From contig CAXXFF010000001.1 of the NCBI GenBank assembly GCA_963676835.2, positions 32,001-96,000 of the forward strand: a DNA stretch of 64,000 nt, read 5' to 3'. The translations under genes were made by a program, and so were the position numbers. Of this stretch, positions 20,703 to 32,224 are shown piece after piece. Under the pieces are notes generated by a model that saw nothing but the letters and a program-made list of their open reading frames with translations, was not told where the DNA came from and searched no databases. Position 1 is the stretch's first letter. The number at the start of each line of letters is the position of its first letter. The stretch comes from Marispirochaeta sp. GTDB taxonomy: Bacteria; Spirochaetota; Spirochaetia; JC444; Marispirochaetaceae.

Positions 20703-22016
20703 TCAGAAGTGATAACGGCGCTGATGAATGTTCAGCAGTATACCAATGGAAATCATTGCATTGAGCATAGCTGAACCACCGTAAGAAACAAAAAGCAGAG
20801 GAATGCCGGTAATAGGCATAATTCCCATGGTCATTCCGATATTAACAATCATATGAAAAAATATCATACCCAATATTCCGGCACCGACGATCATACCGTA
20901 TCGGTCCCTGGCTGTCCATATTATATATATTCCACGAAGCAATATAACCAGAAAAAGAGAGAGAATCAAAAAGCCGCCAAGAAATCCCCACTCTTCAGCT
21001 ATAATAGAAAAAATAAAATCGGTACTCTGCTGCGGAAGGAAACGATAATGGCTTTGTGTTCCCTGTAAAAATCCTTTACCGCTGAAACCGCCGGATCCGA
21101 CGGCCGTTATCGACTGAATAATGTGCCAGCCTGCTCCACGGGCATCAATTTCCGGATCCAGAAAAACAATCAACCGCATAATCTGGTAGTCTTTAAGTAC
21201 CTTCTGCATCAGAAAAGCTCCGATGAAAGAGAGCAGCAGGGCAACTGTAAAAAAAGCTATCCAGTAAAAATAGCTTCGCTTATATGAGATATAACCGATC
21301 ACAGCCAGCATGGCTATGATAAATATAACCATAAGAATGTAAGGCCAAAAATTGATATCGGTTAAAATCCTTAAAATAATAGAATCGCCATGAATAATGT
21401 AACTGTTCCATGCGGGTAATATTCCAAGCAGGATAGTACCGCTGCCGGCAAGGAAAAGAAACAGCAAAAAATTAAATGGGACCCCTGCGAGAAGACTGAT
21501 AAAGAAATATATGGGCAGATACACCAGAGCAGTTCCCATATCCGGCTGTACCAGAATAAGCAGCATAGGCAATGCTACTATGCCCAGGCTCATTCCCAGA
21601 GTGAGCACTTTATTGAGACTGTTCATATGGGTATCGTAAAAACGCGAAAGGTAGAGAATTGTAAATATTTTCATCAATTCACTGGGCTGTCCTAAATGTA
21701 CAGGCCCAATGGAAATCCATGACTTCGCACCGTTTACCAGTTTACCGAAAAAGAGTGTATAAATAAGAATAAAAACACCGGTAAGATAAAAATATATTGA
21801 CCATTCCCCGAGTCTGGAATAATTACCGAAACTGAACACAAGGCATAAAACAAGGCCGATACTGATGGATATTATCTGCTTGATATATTCCCGGGAAAAA
21901 ACAATACCGGCTGACGAAACTCCGGAACTGTAAATAAAGAGCACTCCGATAGTTAAAAGAGAAACTACCGCAAGAAAAATGAAAATATCAAAACCAAGAA
22001 AAGAACGTAGTTTCAT
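20703..22016 (-). CDS. rodA: rod shape-determining SEDS protein RodA
   Basis: QPSELMK, QPDMGT, AVGSGG, TDFIFS, EEWGF, MPITGIPL, SYGGS; ATG overlaps the mrdA stop. Confidence 0.95.
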   Translation of the reverse strand: MKLRSFLGFDIFIFLAVVSLLTIGVLFIYSSGVSSAGIVFSREYIKQIISISIGLVLCLVFSFGNYSRLGEWSIYFYLTGVFILIYTLFFGKLVNGAKSWISIGPVHLGQPSELMKIFTILYLSRFYDTHMNSLNKVLTLGMSLGIVALPMLLILVQPDMGTALVYLPIYFFISLLAGVPFNFLLFLFLAGSGTILLGILPAWNSYIIHGDSIILRILTDINFWPYILMVIFIIAMLAVIGYISYKRSYFYWIAFFTVALLLSFIGAFLMQKVLKDYQIMRLIVFLDPEIDARGAGWHIIQSITAVGSGGFSGKGFLQGTQSHYRFLPQQSTDFIFSIIAEEWGFLGGFLILSLFLVILLRGIYIIWTARDRYGMIVGAGILGMIFFHMIVNIGMTMGIMPITGIPLLFVSYGGSAMLNAMISIGILLNIHQRRYHF

Positions 22017-23887
22017 CGACGGAATTCCTCGCGTAGATCGGGAAACATCCATTGCCATCTGAGAGCTTTAACAGCTTCGATAAAATTCTGATTGGCAAAA
22101 ATCCCCTGGTAGATAATATTGGCAGCCTTGGGTGCCCACCATTCCCATTCGTTAACCGCCTCGACATTCACAACAACTACCACCTGATCCTCTACGGGAC
22201 CATTATATGGCGCATATGATGCAAACCATGAACTCCACTGGTCAACATAACCTACTTCCCCGGTACCTGTTTTACCGGCAACTTCCGTAGCTTCTGTCGT
22301 CAATACAACCTTTGCAGTACCGTCAACTATTACCGTACGCAAAAAATCCTGCACCTGATCAAATACATTCGGGTTTATTCCACTGCGGTGAAGAACCTCG
22401 GGTTCAATTTTTCTGGTAACCAGACCGGAAACCGGATCACGTGTTTCTTTCAGAACATGGGGCTTATAGATGATTCCACCGTTGGAAACCATGGCAATCA
22501 TATTTGCCATTTGAAGCGGAGTAACCAGCAGGTCCCCCTGTCCGATACTTATATTGAGGGTATCACCCCCAACCCATTTCTGGTTGTATGTCTCTTCCTT
22601 CCATTGGGGAGTTGGAATAAGCCCGGCTGTTTCCCCTGGAAGGTCAATTCCTGTAGTTGTCCCGAGACCAAACTGCTGGGAAAAATCAACAATTAAATCG
22701 ACTCCAAGATAATTAAGACCGACAGTCCAGAAATAGACATCACAGGATTCTGCAAGGCCGTGTTCAAGATCCAGCGGACCATGGCCGGTCTTTTTATGAC
22801 AGTTAAAAGTACGATCTCCGGCCCTGAGGTATCCGGGGCAGTCAATTGTTTTATCTGCAGGAAAGGCGTCTTCCTCAAGTACTGCAGTGGTTAGAATTGT
22901 TTTAAACGTAGATGCCGGAGCATAACTTGACTGAACAGCCCTGTTTAAAAAAGGAAAGGTAGGATCAAGACTTACCCGGCGGTATTCCTCCACATTACGT
23001 TCTGTACCGAAAATATTGGGGTTGTACCAGGGATATGAAACCATTGCCAGCACTTCTCCGGTTGCAGGTTTAAGAACCACAACAGATCCGATCCGTTCGC
23101 CAAGAGCATCTTCACACAGCTTCTGTATGCGCCTGTCAATGGTCAGGACAAGGTTTTGTCCGGATTCCGGTGGCTGCTCCTGGGCTACAGGCTGGTTGAT
23201 TTTACGTCCTTTTACATCGACAGTGGAAAACCGTACACCCTCTGTACCACGAAGAATATCATCATAGATCTTTTCCACCCCGTTTTTCCCGAGGGAGGAA
23301 TAATTTGAGTATCCCTGATTATACAGTACCTGAAGTTCTTCCCGGGTTATATCACCGACATAGCCGATTATATGTGATAAAGATCCCGGGATCGTGTATG
23401 AGCGTATAGACTTATTGTTCCAGCTCACCCCGGGGAAATCCTGAATATGCTCTGCAATATAACTGATTTTTTTAAGATCAATCCCGCTGGCAATTTCTAC
23501 CGGCTGATAAAGATGGTTATATTCCGGAGGCAGTTTTTTTCTGATCTCATCTGTACTGACTTCGAGTATTTGAGCGATTCGCGGAAACATCTCTTCTTTC
23601 TGATCATCACTCAATTCCGCCGGTACCACATTTACGGCAAATGATGGAATGTTAATAGCAAGAGGGACATCAAAGTGGCGATCATAGATTTCACCTCTTT
23701 GTGCCGGAATTACCGAACTTCGCTGTGTAACCTCCACAGCTTTCTGCATGAATTCCGTGCCCCGGACGACCTGAAGATTGAATAGAATGAGCAGATAAGC
23801 GGCAACAGCTGCGATGGAGATAGCACCGAGAAGCAACACCCTGAAACGAATAGAGGTCTCTTTGCGTTCTGTGAAGCCGGTCTTCAC
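22013..23887 (-). CDS. mrdA: penicillin-binding protein 2
   Basis: RGEIYDR, SxxK (STFK), SxD (SCD), KTGT; lies between mreD and rodA. Confidence 0.95.
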   Translation of the reverse strand: MKTGFTERKETSIRFRVLLLGAISIAAVAAYLLILFNLQVVRGTEFMQKAVEVTQRSSVIPAQRGEIYDRHFDVPLAINIPSFAVNVVPAELSDDQKEEMFPRIAQILEVSTDEIRKKLPPEYNHLYQPVEIASGIDLKKISYIAEHIQDFPGVSWNNKSIRSYTIPGSLSHIIGYVGDITREELQVLYNQGYSNYSSLGKNGVEKIYDDILRGTEGVRFSTVDVKGRKINQPVAQEQPPESGQNLVLTIDRRIQKLCEDALGERIGSVVVLKPATGEVLAMVSYPWYNPNIFGTERNVEEYRRVSLDPTFPFLNRAVQSSYAPASTFKTILTTAVLEEDAFPADKTIDCPGYLRAGDRTFNCHKKTGHGPLDLEHGLAESCDVYFWTVGLNYLGVDLIVDFSQQFGLGTTTGIDLPGETAGLIPTPQWKEETYNQKWVGGDTLNISIGQGDLLVTPLQMANMIAMVSNGGIIYKPHVLKETRDPVSGLVTRKIEPEVLHRSGINPNVFDQVQDFLRTVIVDGTAKVVLTTEATEVAGKTGTGEVGYVDQWSSWFASYAPYNGPVEDQVVVVVNVEAVNEWEWWAPKAANIIYQGIFANQNFIEAVKALRWQWMFPDLREEFRR

Positions 23888-24390
23888 CTGTTATCTTCCC
23901 TGATATACTGGGGAACAATCCCGGATAAGCGTAACAAGCCGTAGCCGACCGGCGCAATAATGGCATTCATGAACAGCTGAATAAGCAGCCGGGTTGAGAA
24001 AATGGTTACAGATGTTTCTATACTGAAGAGAGAGAATATAAAAACACTTATCACCGAAAAGATAAAACTGGTAACTACCGCAAGAAGCATTGGTACAAAT
24101 ATGGGGTCAACAAATATTTTACCCCGCAGACTGCCCAGGATAAAACCAATGATACTGAGCCCGATTGATGTAACTCCGAGAGGAGAAACAGAAATAAAAT
24201 CAACTGCGAGGCCGAGGAAAAAACCGGTAACAATGCCGGAGATATCTTTCTGTGAATACGCAATAAATATAAAAAAGACAAAATAGATCGAAGGCCTGGC
24301 ATCCATGAAACTTATATTCTTGAGAAAGGTTGTTTCGGCAAGTAAAATCACCACCAGAAGTATGGTTTGTATAACAGGGTTTTTAATCAT
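23884..24390 (-). CDS. mreD: rod shape-determining protein MreD
   Basis: Hydrophobic 168-aa ORF between mreC and mrdA. Confidence 0.85.
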   Translation of the reverse strand: MIKNPVIQTILLVVILLAETTFLKNISFMDARPSIYFVFFIFIAYSQKDISGIVTGFFLGLAVDFISVSPLGVTSIGLSIIGFILGSLRGKIFVDPIFVPMLLAVVTSFIFSVISVFIFSLFSIETSVTIFSTRLLIQLFMNAIIAPVGYGLLRLSGIVPQYIREDNR

Positions 24391-25258
24391 TATCGCCGCC
24401 TGTTTTTTCCAGACCGGGAAGGTTATCTTTCAACACTACAACATACTGAAGTCTACTGAAATCCACGATAGGTTCAATTGAAAGTTCGAGATCCGGTTCC
24501 CACTCCCGACTGCCGATTGAGCGCACGCGTCCTACAAATATTCCCGAGGGGTATATGGAATCCATTCCTGAAGTCTCAATAAGATCTCCAAACTGGATAT
24601 CTTCTTTGGCGGTCTTTACCACGTAGCGCATCAATACAGGAGTATGAATACCTCCGCCTCCCTGAACAAGCCCTTCGTACATTGAACTTTGCAGCCGTGT
24701 GGCTATGAAACAATTGGCAGAGATTACCGGCAGTACTTTTGAGGTGTTAGGCCCGGCCTCAAGGATTTTTCCGACCACCCCCTGAAAGCCGTTCTGATAC
24801 GCTATGACGGGCATATTATTGCGAACACCGTTTCTGGTTCCTTTATCTATTGTAAAGGACAAAAAATAGGCCGATGGATCCTTGGCAATTATCTGTGATG
24901 TTACATGGGTATACGGAAGCTCTCTGGTAAAACCTATCAGTTTCTTCAGTCTCTCATTTTCACGTTTAAGATCAACAATATCCCGTTGTATAATCTGGTA
25001 CTCTTCTATCTTTTTCTGAAGGGCATTGTATTCAGTTTTGAGCTTTTTCAGCTCTGCAACGGAATTTACCGTGTTGCCGACAAGGTTGCCCACCGCACTG
25101 AATCCGCCCTGAAAGGTTGAAAAAACAGCAGAGCCTATCTTGGCGGGATTGAGCAAATACGCCCTGGTATCGATAACAAGAAGAAGTGTACTTAAAAGAA
25201 GCGCCGCAAAGAGGGTTACCCCCTTCCGGCGCTTGTATATAAAACTGTGTTCGTTCAT
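24383..25258 (-). CDS. mreC: rod shape-determining protein MreC
   Basis: TM helix, coiled coil, IDKG, TSG..IYPSGIFVG. Confidence 0.93.
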   Translation of the reverse strand: MNEHSFIYKRRKGVTLFAALLLSTLLLVIDTRAYLLNPAKIGSAVFSTFQGGFSAVGNLVGNTVNSVAELKKLKTEYNALQKKIEEYQIIQRDIVDLKRENERLKKLIGFTRELPYTHVTSQIIAKDPSAYFLSFTIDKGTRNGVRNNMPVIAYQNGFQGVVGKILEAGPNTSKVLPVISANCFIATRLQSSMYEGLVQGGGGIHTPVLMRYVVKTAKEDIQFGDLIETSGMDSIYPSGIFVGRVRSIGSREWEPDLELSIEPIVDFSRLQYVVVLKDNLPGLEKTGGDND

Positions 25259-25261
25259 TAT

Positions 25262-26305
25262 TTACGAGTTAAGATTATTGTAGATAGTCTGGCTGCTTGC
25301 CATATCCTTGGTATGCTGAAAATACATTCCCGCACCGTTGGCCACACACAAGAGAGGATCTTCAGCAAGAATAACCGGGACGCCGGTCTCTTTGCTGATT
25401 AACTTCGGCAGGCCTTTCAAAAGAGAGCCGCCACCGGTCATAACAATACCACGCTCTACAATATCGGCAGCAAGCTCAGGAGGAGTTTGACCGAGGGTTC
25501 GTTTAATCTCCTCTATAACCGCGTTTATCGGCTCCTGAAGCGCTTCACGCACCTCGACTGAGTCTATTTCCAGCCTTCGCGGCAGGCCTGTTATAGCGTC
25601 GGTTCCCTTGATTTCCATTTTTTCAATTTTTTTATCAGCAATTGCATTACCGATTTTTATTTTAAGATTTTCCGAGGTTTGTTCACCTACAATGAGGTTA
25701 TGAACATTTCTGACATGCTTGATGATCGCCTCGTCAAACTCATCGCCGCCTATTCTGATAGCCTTGCTGACAACCATTCCGCCCAGTGAAATAACAGAAA
25801 TTTCAGTTGTTCCGCCGCCGATATCACAAATCATATGCCCTGCGGGTTCAAAAATAGGAATCTGTGCGCCGATGGCAGCAGCGAGGGATTCTTCAATTAC
25901 CTTGACCTCCCGGGCACCGGCTTTATAGGCCGCCTCTTCTACCGCTCTTCTCTCTACCTCGGTAATACAGGTAGGAACACCGATAACCATCCGCGGTTTG
26001 ACAAACCAGCGGCGGGGAATTACCTTGTTTATAAAATAACGGATCATTTTTTCCGTTGTTTCAAGATCGGCTATTACTCCGTCACGAAGAGGACGAATTG
26101 CAATAATATCACCTGGGGTTTTCCATAACATTCTTTTCGCTTCAACCCCAACGGCAACCACTTTTTTTGTGCCCCGTTCTACGGCAACAACGGAGGGTTC
26201 GGAAATAACTATCCCTTTCCCGCGAACATATATAAGGGTGTTACACGTTCCAAGATCTATTCCGATCTCAGTAGAAAAAGCATCAACTATATTTTTTACT
26301 CCCAT
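25262..26305 (-). CDS. mreB: rod shape-determining protein MreB
   Basis: [38 protein letters not shown]. Confidence 0.98.
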   Translation of the reverse strand: MGVKNIVDAFSTEIGIDLGTCNTLIYVRGKGIVISEPSVVAVERGTKKVVAVGVEAKRMLWKTPGDIIAIRPLRDGVIADLETTEKMIRYFINKVIPRRWFVKPRMVIGVPTCITEVERRAVEEAAYKAGAREVKVIEESLAAAIGAQIPIFEPAGHMICDIGGGTTEISVISLGGMVVSKAIRIGGDEFDEAIIKHVRNVHNLIVGEQTSENLKIKIGNAIADKKIEKMEIKGTDAITGLPRRLEIDSVEVREALQEPINAVIEEIKRTLGQTPPELAADIVERGIVMTGGGSLLKGLPKLISKETGVPVILAEDPLLCVANGAGMYFQHTKDMASSQTIYNNLNS

Positions 26306-26320
26306 TAGGAATCCTCCGCA

Positions 26321-27274
26321 CTAGTTGTATAATTTTTGACGCGCACCATGGTGCGTCGGATCAATTTCCAGGGCTTTTCGCCATTCTGCCCGTGCCTTGA
26401 TATTATCATTCAATTCAGCATATATCGACCCCAAATAGTAATGAGAATCTGCTGACCTCTGATTTTTTTTCAGAATTTCCAGATACTGATCTTCCGCTTT
26501 AAGAAACTCACCCCGGTTAAAATAAATGCGCCCTAACAGAAACCTGGCCTTCTGCAAGGTTCCGGGGTCATCCCCTGCGTTAATGCAGCGCATAAGTGTT
26601 TCCTCTGCCTTTACAAAATCTTCCATGGTAAAATAAGTCTGGCCAAGAACCAGGTACAGAGTGTCAGATTGTTTCTCTTCCAGAGCTTTTTCAAAATAGA
26701 TAACACTGTTTTCATATTCTGCCAATTCGGAATATGCAAGACCCAGGTACTCATAGCTGTCCTCGCCAAGATAACCAAGCTCTATAGCACTCAGCATGTA
26801 CTCTACAGACAGATCGGCATAGTATCTCCCTTTATGATAATAGGCTTTTGAAAGAATATATCTGACACTGCCTTTCAAGGGATAATCATCAGCGATATCT
26901 GCTTTACGAAGATTTTCTACGGCGAGGTTAAACAACGGGATTTTGTCTTCAAGGGTGAACTTTGCAATACCACGATAAAAATATGAGAAGCCGTTAAAGA
27001 TAAGAGCTTCCCGGTTGAGGGGCTTTTCCAGAAGAACAGGTTCAATTATCCGGTTTATACCTTCATAATCCATCTGACTCCACAATGTTGTCAGCTGCTC
27101 ATGCACGGTAACTTCAGAATCATTAACCTTTACAATCCGCAGAACAGAAAATACACCGATTGCTATGGAGAGAAAAATTACAAGAAAGGATACGATATAT
27201 TTACTGCGGCTTTTACTTCTGCCGTACCCCTGGTTTGAACGGGAAAAATGAAAACGGTCTTTTGGTAATAACAT
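26321..27274 (-). CDS. membrane-anchored TPR protein
   Basis: N-terminal TM helix and multiple TPRs. Confidence 0.75.
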   Translation of the reverse strand: MLLPKDRFHFSRSNQGYGRSKSRSKYIVSFLVIFLSIAIGVFSVLRIVKVNDSEVTVHEQLTTLWSQMDYEGINRIIEPVLLEKPLNREALIFNGFSYFYRGIAKFTLEDKIPLFNLAVENLRKADIADDYPLKGSVRYILSKAYYHKGRYYADLSVEYMLSAIELGYLGEDSYEYLGLAYSELAEYENSVIYFEKALEEKQSDTLYLVLGQTYFTMEDFVKAEETLMRCINAGDDPGTLQKARFLLGRIYFNRGEFLKAEDQYLEILKKNQRSADSHYYLGSIYAELNDNIKARAEWRKALEIDPTHHGARQKLYN

Positions 27275-27297
27275 TTCCGCCCCGGATTAATTTAAAA

Positions 27298-27661
27298 GAA
27301 GCAGACCTGTAAGCCGGATTCTGTCTTGGACAGTCATCTATCTCAATTGCTCCTTGCAGAACAACTCAAGCAGCCTACCCGCAGAAATCGGGCGAACAAC
27401 CCTTCTGCTGTCTGGCTTTGCTCCGGATGAGGTTTACCATGCCTTTTGGATTTCTCCAAAAGCGGTGGTCTCTTACACCACCTTTTCACCCTTACCCAGC
27501 TACTAAATCAAAGATTTAATAGCTGGGCGGTCTGTTTTCTGCGGCACTTTCTGTGGCCACTGCCTCATAGAGGCAAAGGTCCCCGGGCGTTACCCGGCAT
27601 CCTGTTCTATGGAGCCCGGACTTTCCTCCGTAGGTTATACGGCGACTATCTGGTCTGCTTC
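27298..27661 (-). ncRNA. rnpB: RNase P RNA (class A)
   Basis: Minus strand begins GAAGCAGACC...GAGGAAAGTCCGGGCTCC and ends GACAGAATCCGGCTTACAGGTCTGCTTC; the two ends pair as P1. Confidence 0.96.
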
Positions 27662-27668
27662 AAATATT

Positions 27669-28454
27669 TTATTCTTCAGAATCAATGAGATCAGCCAGAC
27701 TACCGGCATCCTCATCCTGGAAAAAATATGCATCTTCAGCAACATCTGCTTCTGCATAAAAAAGAATACGGCTGCAGTAGGGACAAAACAGAATAGACTC
27801 CCCGTTGCGGACATCGTTAACAAACTGTGCCGGAAGCTGCATGTGACAGCCGGTACAGACAGAAGATTTAACCGGGACTATACCAACACCGGATTTTGAA
27901 CGGATAATACGCTCAAACTTAAAAAGAATATCCTCGTCCAATCCAGGGATTACATCCTTTTCTTCCGACTCAAGCTGCTTTAAAACTGTCTCTTTAGCGG
28001 CACTTTCATTTTTGATCTTTTCCTGCTCGGCAGAAAGCTCTTCTTCCTGAATGCTGATCATGCTCTCTTCACGCTCAAGGGTTGCATTGATCTCTTCAAG
28101 ATCTTTTTCCTCGCGGATAATATCTTTTCTAAGCTGCTGTTCTTTTTCAGTAGCGTCACGGATTTCTTTATCCAGAGCTTCGTATTCCCTCTGGGTAGTA
28201 ATCTGGTCCATCTGCTTTTCATAATTCTCACGCTGGGTTTCAGCATCGGAAAGCTTTATCCGCAGAGATTTTATTTTGTCATTAATCCGTTCCCGCTTGG
28301 AGTTTTTCTCCACATAGGATTTCTTTAAACGGTTCAGAAGCTCCGTCTTGGTGGTAAGAGCCTTGGGAATATCATGAATCTCCTGCTCTATCTCATACTT
28401 CTGAGAAAGAATATCCTGAAGAGTCCTTAATTTGTCAAAAACCTCTGTCATCAT
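27669..28454 (-). CDS. coiled-coil protein with C4 zinc ribbon (DUF164-like)
   Basis: Long coiled coil, then CTGCH...CPYCSRILF. Confidence 0.88.
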   Translation of the reverse strand: MMTEVFDKLRTLQDILSQKYEIEQEIHDIPKALTTKTELLNRLKKSYVEKNSKRERINDKIKSLRIKLSDAETQRENYEKQMDQITTQREYEALDKEIRDATEKEQQLRKDIIREEKDLEEINATLEREESMISIQEEELSAEQEKIKNESAAKETVLKQLESEEKDVIPGLDEDILFKFERIIRSKSGVGIVPVKSSVCTGCHMQLPAQFVNDVRNGESILFCPYCSRILFYAEADVAEDAYFFQDEDAGSLADLIDSEE

Positions 28455-28487
28455 CTGCGTAATTTCCCCACTAATATATAAGCTGTA

Positions 28488-30458
28488 TTAATTATCAATG
28501 TAGTCTTTCAACCTGCGGCTTCTTTTAGGATGCCGCAAGCGCCTTAATGCCTTCGCTTCAATCTGCCGGATACGTTCTCTGGTAACATTAAAATAGAGTC
28601 CAACCTCTTCGAGGGTAAGACTGTACCCGTCTTCAAGACCAAAACGCATCTTCAGAACTTCCTGCTCTCTCGGAGGAAGTGTATAAAGAACATCCTGCAG
28701 CTGTTCCTGCAGAAGTTTGAATGCAGTCTGATTGGCAGGATTTTCAATGTCCTTGTCTTCAATAAAATCCCCGAGGAGTGAATCCTCTTCTTCTCCGATA
28801 GGGGTTTCCAGAGATATCGGCTCTCTGGCCACATTTTTAACAGATTTTACCCTTGCAACAGACCAGCCGAGACGATCTGCAACTTCCTCATCAGAAGGTT
28901 CCCTTCCCAGAATCTGCATAAGCTGCCGTGATTCGCGCACAACCTTATTGATCTGTTCAATCATGTGTACAGGAACACGGATTGTTCTGGCCTGATCAGA
29001 GATAGAACGTGTTATTGCCTGCCTGATCCACCAGGTGGCATAGGTAGAGAACTTGTATCCTTTACGGTACTCAAACTTTTCAACCGCTTTTATGAGACCG
29101 ATATTCCCTTCCTGCACAAGGTCAAAGAAGTGGAGTCCCCTGTTGGTGTATTTTTTTGCAATACTTACAACAAGACGAAGGTTGGCCTGAATCAGACGGT
29201 CCTTTGCTCCTTTCATCATATGCTGCCCTTTGGAAATACGGTCAGCATGCTCAAGGATAGACTCAATGCTCTCTTCAAAATCTATTTCAAGGGTTTTAAG
29301 TTTTTTCTCGTTTATCTGTATCTGCCTGATTTTCTCTTTGATCTCATCAGCAGAAAGCTCCAGTTCCTCTTCGATTTTCCGGCGCTGATCAGGAGTAGCA
29401 AGACCCCGGCCCATGGTGCGGAGTTCCCTGGAACTGTTTACCCTCAACCGGCGTTCAATCTTCTGCTGTTCCTTCCGATACCGTTTTATCTTTCTTTCCG
29501 CATTGGAAAATTTATCAGACAACAGAAGGATCTCTTCCTGATGCAGATCAATATCCGCTATTTTTTTAATCAAGACCTTCCGTTTATCATCAAGATCCTG
29601 ACTTTCAAGTACATTTTCGCCGAGATTAACAAGCTTCTGCTTTGCATCCATGTATTGACGGATCGTCGGGGCAAGATTTTTCAGAGGTTCACGGTAGAAC
29701 TGATTAAGTCTTCTCCGTTCAGCTAAAAGTTCGGAAATTTCCTTTTTGGAAAGATCCATCTCACGGGGATCAACCTTGGAAAAGGTCTTCTGAATGAGAT
29801 AGAAAATTTCAGGGATTATAAGCCCTGAGGCTTTTACCACCTGTTTGATGATATTCTCGCCTTCTTCCATCCGTTTGGAGAGTTCAACTTCCTGCTCAGC
29901 GGTGAGAAGGTTTTCTTTTCCGATTTCTCGGAGATAAAGACGAATAGGATCATCAACGGCAGAGTCCTTATCACCAAGGACAACACGTTTCTTACTTAAA
30001 CCTTTTGGTTTCTCTTCTTCGGCCTCTTCTTCATCAGAATCGTCTTCATCATCTTCTTCATCTTCTTCGTCTGAATCTTCATCATCTTCCAGATCATCAT
30101 CTTCCAGATCATCGTCATCATCAGAGGAGTCATCGTCATCATCGAGATTGTCATCGGAAGGGCCATCTTCTTCAAAGGCTTCTATTTCATCATCCGAGTC
30201 TTCGTCGCTGACGACTTCATCATCAACGTCTTCATCGTCTGTGTCGTCCTCGTCGGGCATGGGTCCGCCCATTTCAATGTTATCTTCTTCTATAACGACA
30301 TTGTTCTTTTCAAGAAGAGAAAATACATCTTCGATTTTCTCTGAGTTAACAATGTCTTCAGTAAGGAAGTCATTTACCTCTTCATAGGTAATTTTCTTCT
30401 TTTTCTTAGCATAATCCAATAGCTTGCTTACAGCAGGATCATTAAGCAGCTCCGTCAT
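28488..30458 (-). CDS. rpoD: RNA polymerase primary sigma factor
   Basis: [46 protein letters not shown]. Confidence 0.98.
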   Translation of the reverse strand: MTELLNDPAVSKLLDYAKKKKKITYEEVNDFLTEDIVNSEKIEDVFSLLEKNNVVIEEDNIEMGGPMPDEDDTDDEDVDDEVVSDEDSDDEIEAFEEDGPSDDNLDDDDDSSDDDDDLEDDDLEDDEDSDEEDEEDDEDDSDEEEAEEEKPKGLSKKRVVLGDKDSAVDDPIRLYLREIGKENLLTAEQEVELSKRMEEGENIIKQVVKASGLIIPEIFYLIQKTFSKVDPREMDLSKKEISELLAERRRLNQFYREPLKNLAPTIRQYMDAKQKLVNLGENVLESQDLDDKRKVLIKKIADIDLHQEEILLLSDKFSNAERKIKRYRKEQQKIERRLRVNSSRELRTMGRGLATPDQRRKIEEELELSADEIKEKIRQIQINEKKLKTLEIDFEESIESILEHADRISKGQHMMKGAKDRLIQANLRLVVSIAKKYTNRGLHFFDLVQEGNIGLIKAVEKFEYRKGYKFSTYATWWIRQAITRSISDQARTIRVPVHMIEQINKVVRESRQLMQILGREPSDEEVADRLGWSVARVKSVKNVAREPISLETPIGEEEDSLLGDFIEDKDIENPANQTAFKLLQEQLQDVLYTLPPREQEVLKMRFGLEDGYSLTLEEVGLYFNVTRERIRQIEAKALRRLRHPKRSRRLKDYIDN

Positions 30459-32209
30459 TTGCGCCCCACCCTCAGTTTCTGCAATTCCTCGGTCAAGTAC
30501 ATTTTTTCAGTCAGTATATCTCGCAGCGTTTCGCCGGCAGCCCCGTTACGTTCTGCCCTCTTCAACTGTATTGAAACAGCCTTCTGCCGCTTCTCAAGAG
30601 AAGCAAGCCGGACAGCACGGAGAACATCTTTTATAACGCCCGCAGGATCTTCTCCAAACTCCCCGGAAAAAGCTTTTTCCAGTACCAGTTGACGTACATT
30701 CTCATTATCGACCTTTTGGACAATACTATTCATATCCAATTCATCCCGGCGGAAAGCATTTTCCAGTATAATATACAATTCCCGGGATCTCGGATCCACC
30801 AGATCGTCAGCAGTGATGTAGCTGCGGATGTTCTTAAACTGATCCGGATAAGCAGCAGCTCCTAACATGAGGAAAAGATCCGGACCTATCTGTTCCGGAT
30901 CTGAAACGTTTTCTCTAACGTGCTGAGTGCGAATAGTCTGGTTTGAAAGATCAGCTGTTATGGCTGTAACGTTTACCTCCAGGGTTTCTGAAAGACGCTT
31001 CATATATCCTTCCCGTTTAATCGCAGAGTCCTGGATTTCTATAAACGGTGAAAGTTCCTTTAATATACGATGCTTCCCTTCGGGAGTACCGGCATTAAAG
31101 CGCCCCATAGCCTTTTCAACAAGATAATCAAAGCTATTTATATTATATTTAAGGGAGTTTTGCAACGCCTCTTTGCCCTCTTTTTGCAGTATCTCTGCAG
31201 GGTCTTTTCCTCCCTCGGGTCTAACAACAAAAGTTTCCGTTCCCGCCTTTGCACAAATCATGATAGCCTTCTCCGCAGCCCGCTGTCCGGCTTCATCGGC
31301 ATCAAACAGCAGCATACCTTTATCGGCATACCGTTTTAAAAGCACCGCCTGTTCCGAGGTAAAAGAGGTTCCCAGGGGAGCAATGGCACTCTTAATGTCC
31401 GCCTGATGCAAAGCAATAACATCCATATATCCTTCACAAAGATAGAACTGACGCTCCTGGCGAATAGTTCTGGAGGCAAAGTTGAAACCGTATAGGGTTT
31501 TGCTTTTCTTGAATATTGGCGTTTCCGGACTATTCAGGTATTTCGGGCCGTCACCATTCAGCAGGCGACCACCGAAAGCTATAACCCTGCCCTGTGATGA
31601 ATAGATAGGGATCATCAGCCTGTCCCGGAATAAGGGAAAAGTATTGTTTCGTCTGCTGAAAAGACCGGATTGATTGAGAAAATCCGCTGAATACCCTTTT
31701 TTTCTTAAAAAAGAGAAGAGCCAGTCAGGGTCATCCGGTGCGTAGCCCAGGTTAAACTGTTTTATGGATTCTTCGCTAATACCCCGGTTGATCAGATACT
31801 GCAGGGCTCCTGTTCCGGAACGGCTTCGGGTAAGAAGATAGTTAAAGGTACCGCTCACTCTTTCGTACAGTTCATACAGGGCTGTAAGCTGGCTGTTCTG
31901 CCGTGATTCCTCTTCATTTTCAATAATTTCTATGCCGGCTTTCTGCCCCAGGAATTTAACCGATTCCGCGAAGGAGAGGCTTTCCACATCCATTATAAAC
32001 TGAAAAAGGTTACCACCCTTATGGCAGCCGAAACAGTAATACAGTTTTTTGTCCTCATCCACGGAAAATGAAGGGGTTTTTTCCGAGTGGAAGGGACAGA
32101 TGCCAGTGAAACCGTTTCCTGAAGGCTTGAGGCTTGTATACTGATTTACAATTTCAACCATTGAGGTACGGTCGGAAATCTCCTGTATTTTGGATTGTGG
32201 TATCGCCAT
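30455..32209 (-). CDS. dnaG: DNA primase
   Basis: CPFH..CFGC zinc finger, [21 protein letters not shown]. Confidence 0.98.
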   Translation of the reverse strand: MAIPQSKIQEISDRTSMVEIVNQYTSLKPSGNGFTGICPFHSEKTPSFSVDEDKKLYYCFGCHKGGNLFQFIMDVESLSFAESVKFLGQKAGIEIIENEEESRQNSQLTALYELYERVSGTFNYLLTRSRSGTGALQYLINRGISEESIKQFNLGYAPDDPDWLFSFLRKKGYSADFLNQSGLFSRRNNTFPLFRDRLMIPIYSSQGRVIAFGGRLLNGDGPKYLNSPETPIFKKSKTLYGFNFASRTIRQERQFYLCEGYMDVIALHQADIKSAIAPLGTSFTSEQAVLLKRYADKGMLLFDADEAGQRAAEKAIMICAKAGTETFVVRPEGGKDPAEILQKEGKEALQNSLKYNINSFDYLVEKAMGRFNAGTPEGKHRILKELSPFIEIQDSAIKREGYMKRLSETLEVNVTAITADLSNQTIRTQHVRENVSDPEQIGPDLFLMLGAAAYPDQFKNIRSYITADDLVDPRSRELYIILENAFRRDELDMNSIVQKVDNENVRQLVLEKAFSGEFGEDPAGVIKDVLRAVRLASLEKRQKAVSIQLKRAERNGAAGETLRDILTEKMYLTEELQKLRVGRK

Positions 32210-32224
32210 TAAGCTGTCTGTTAC

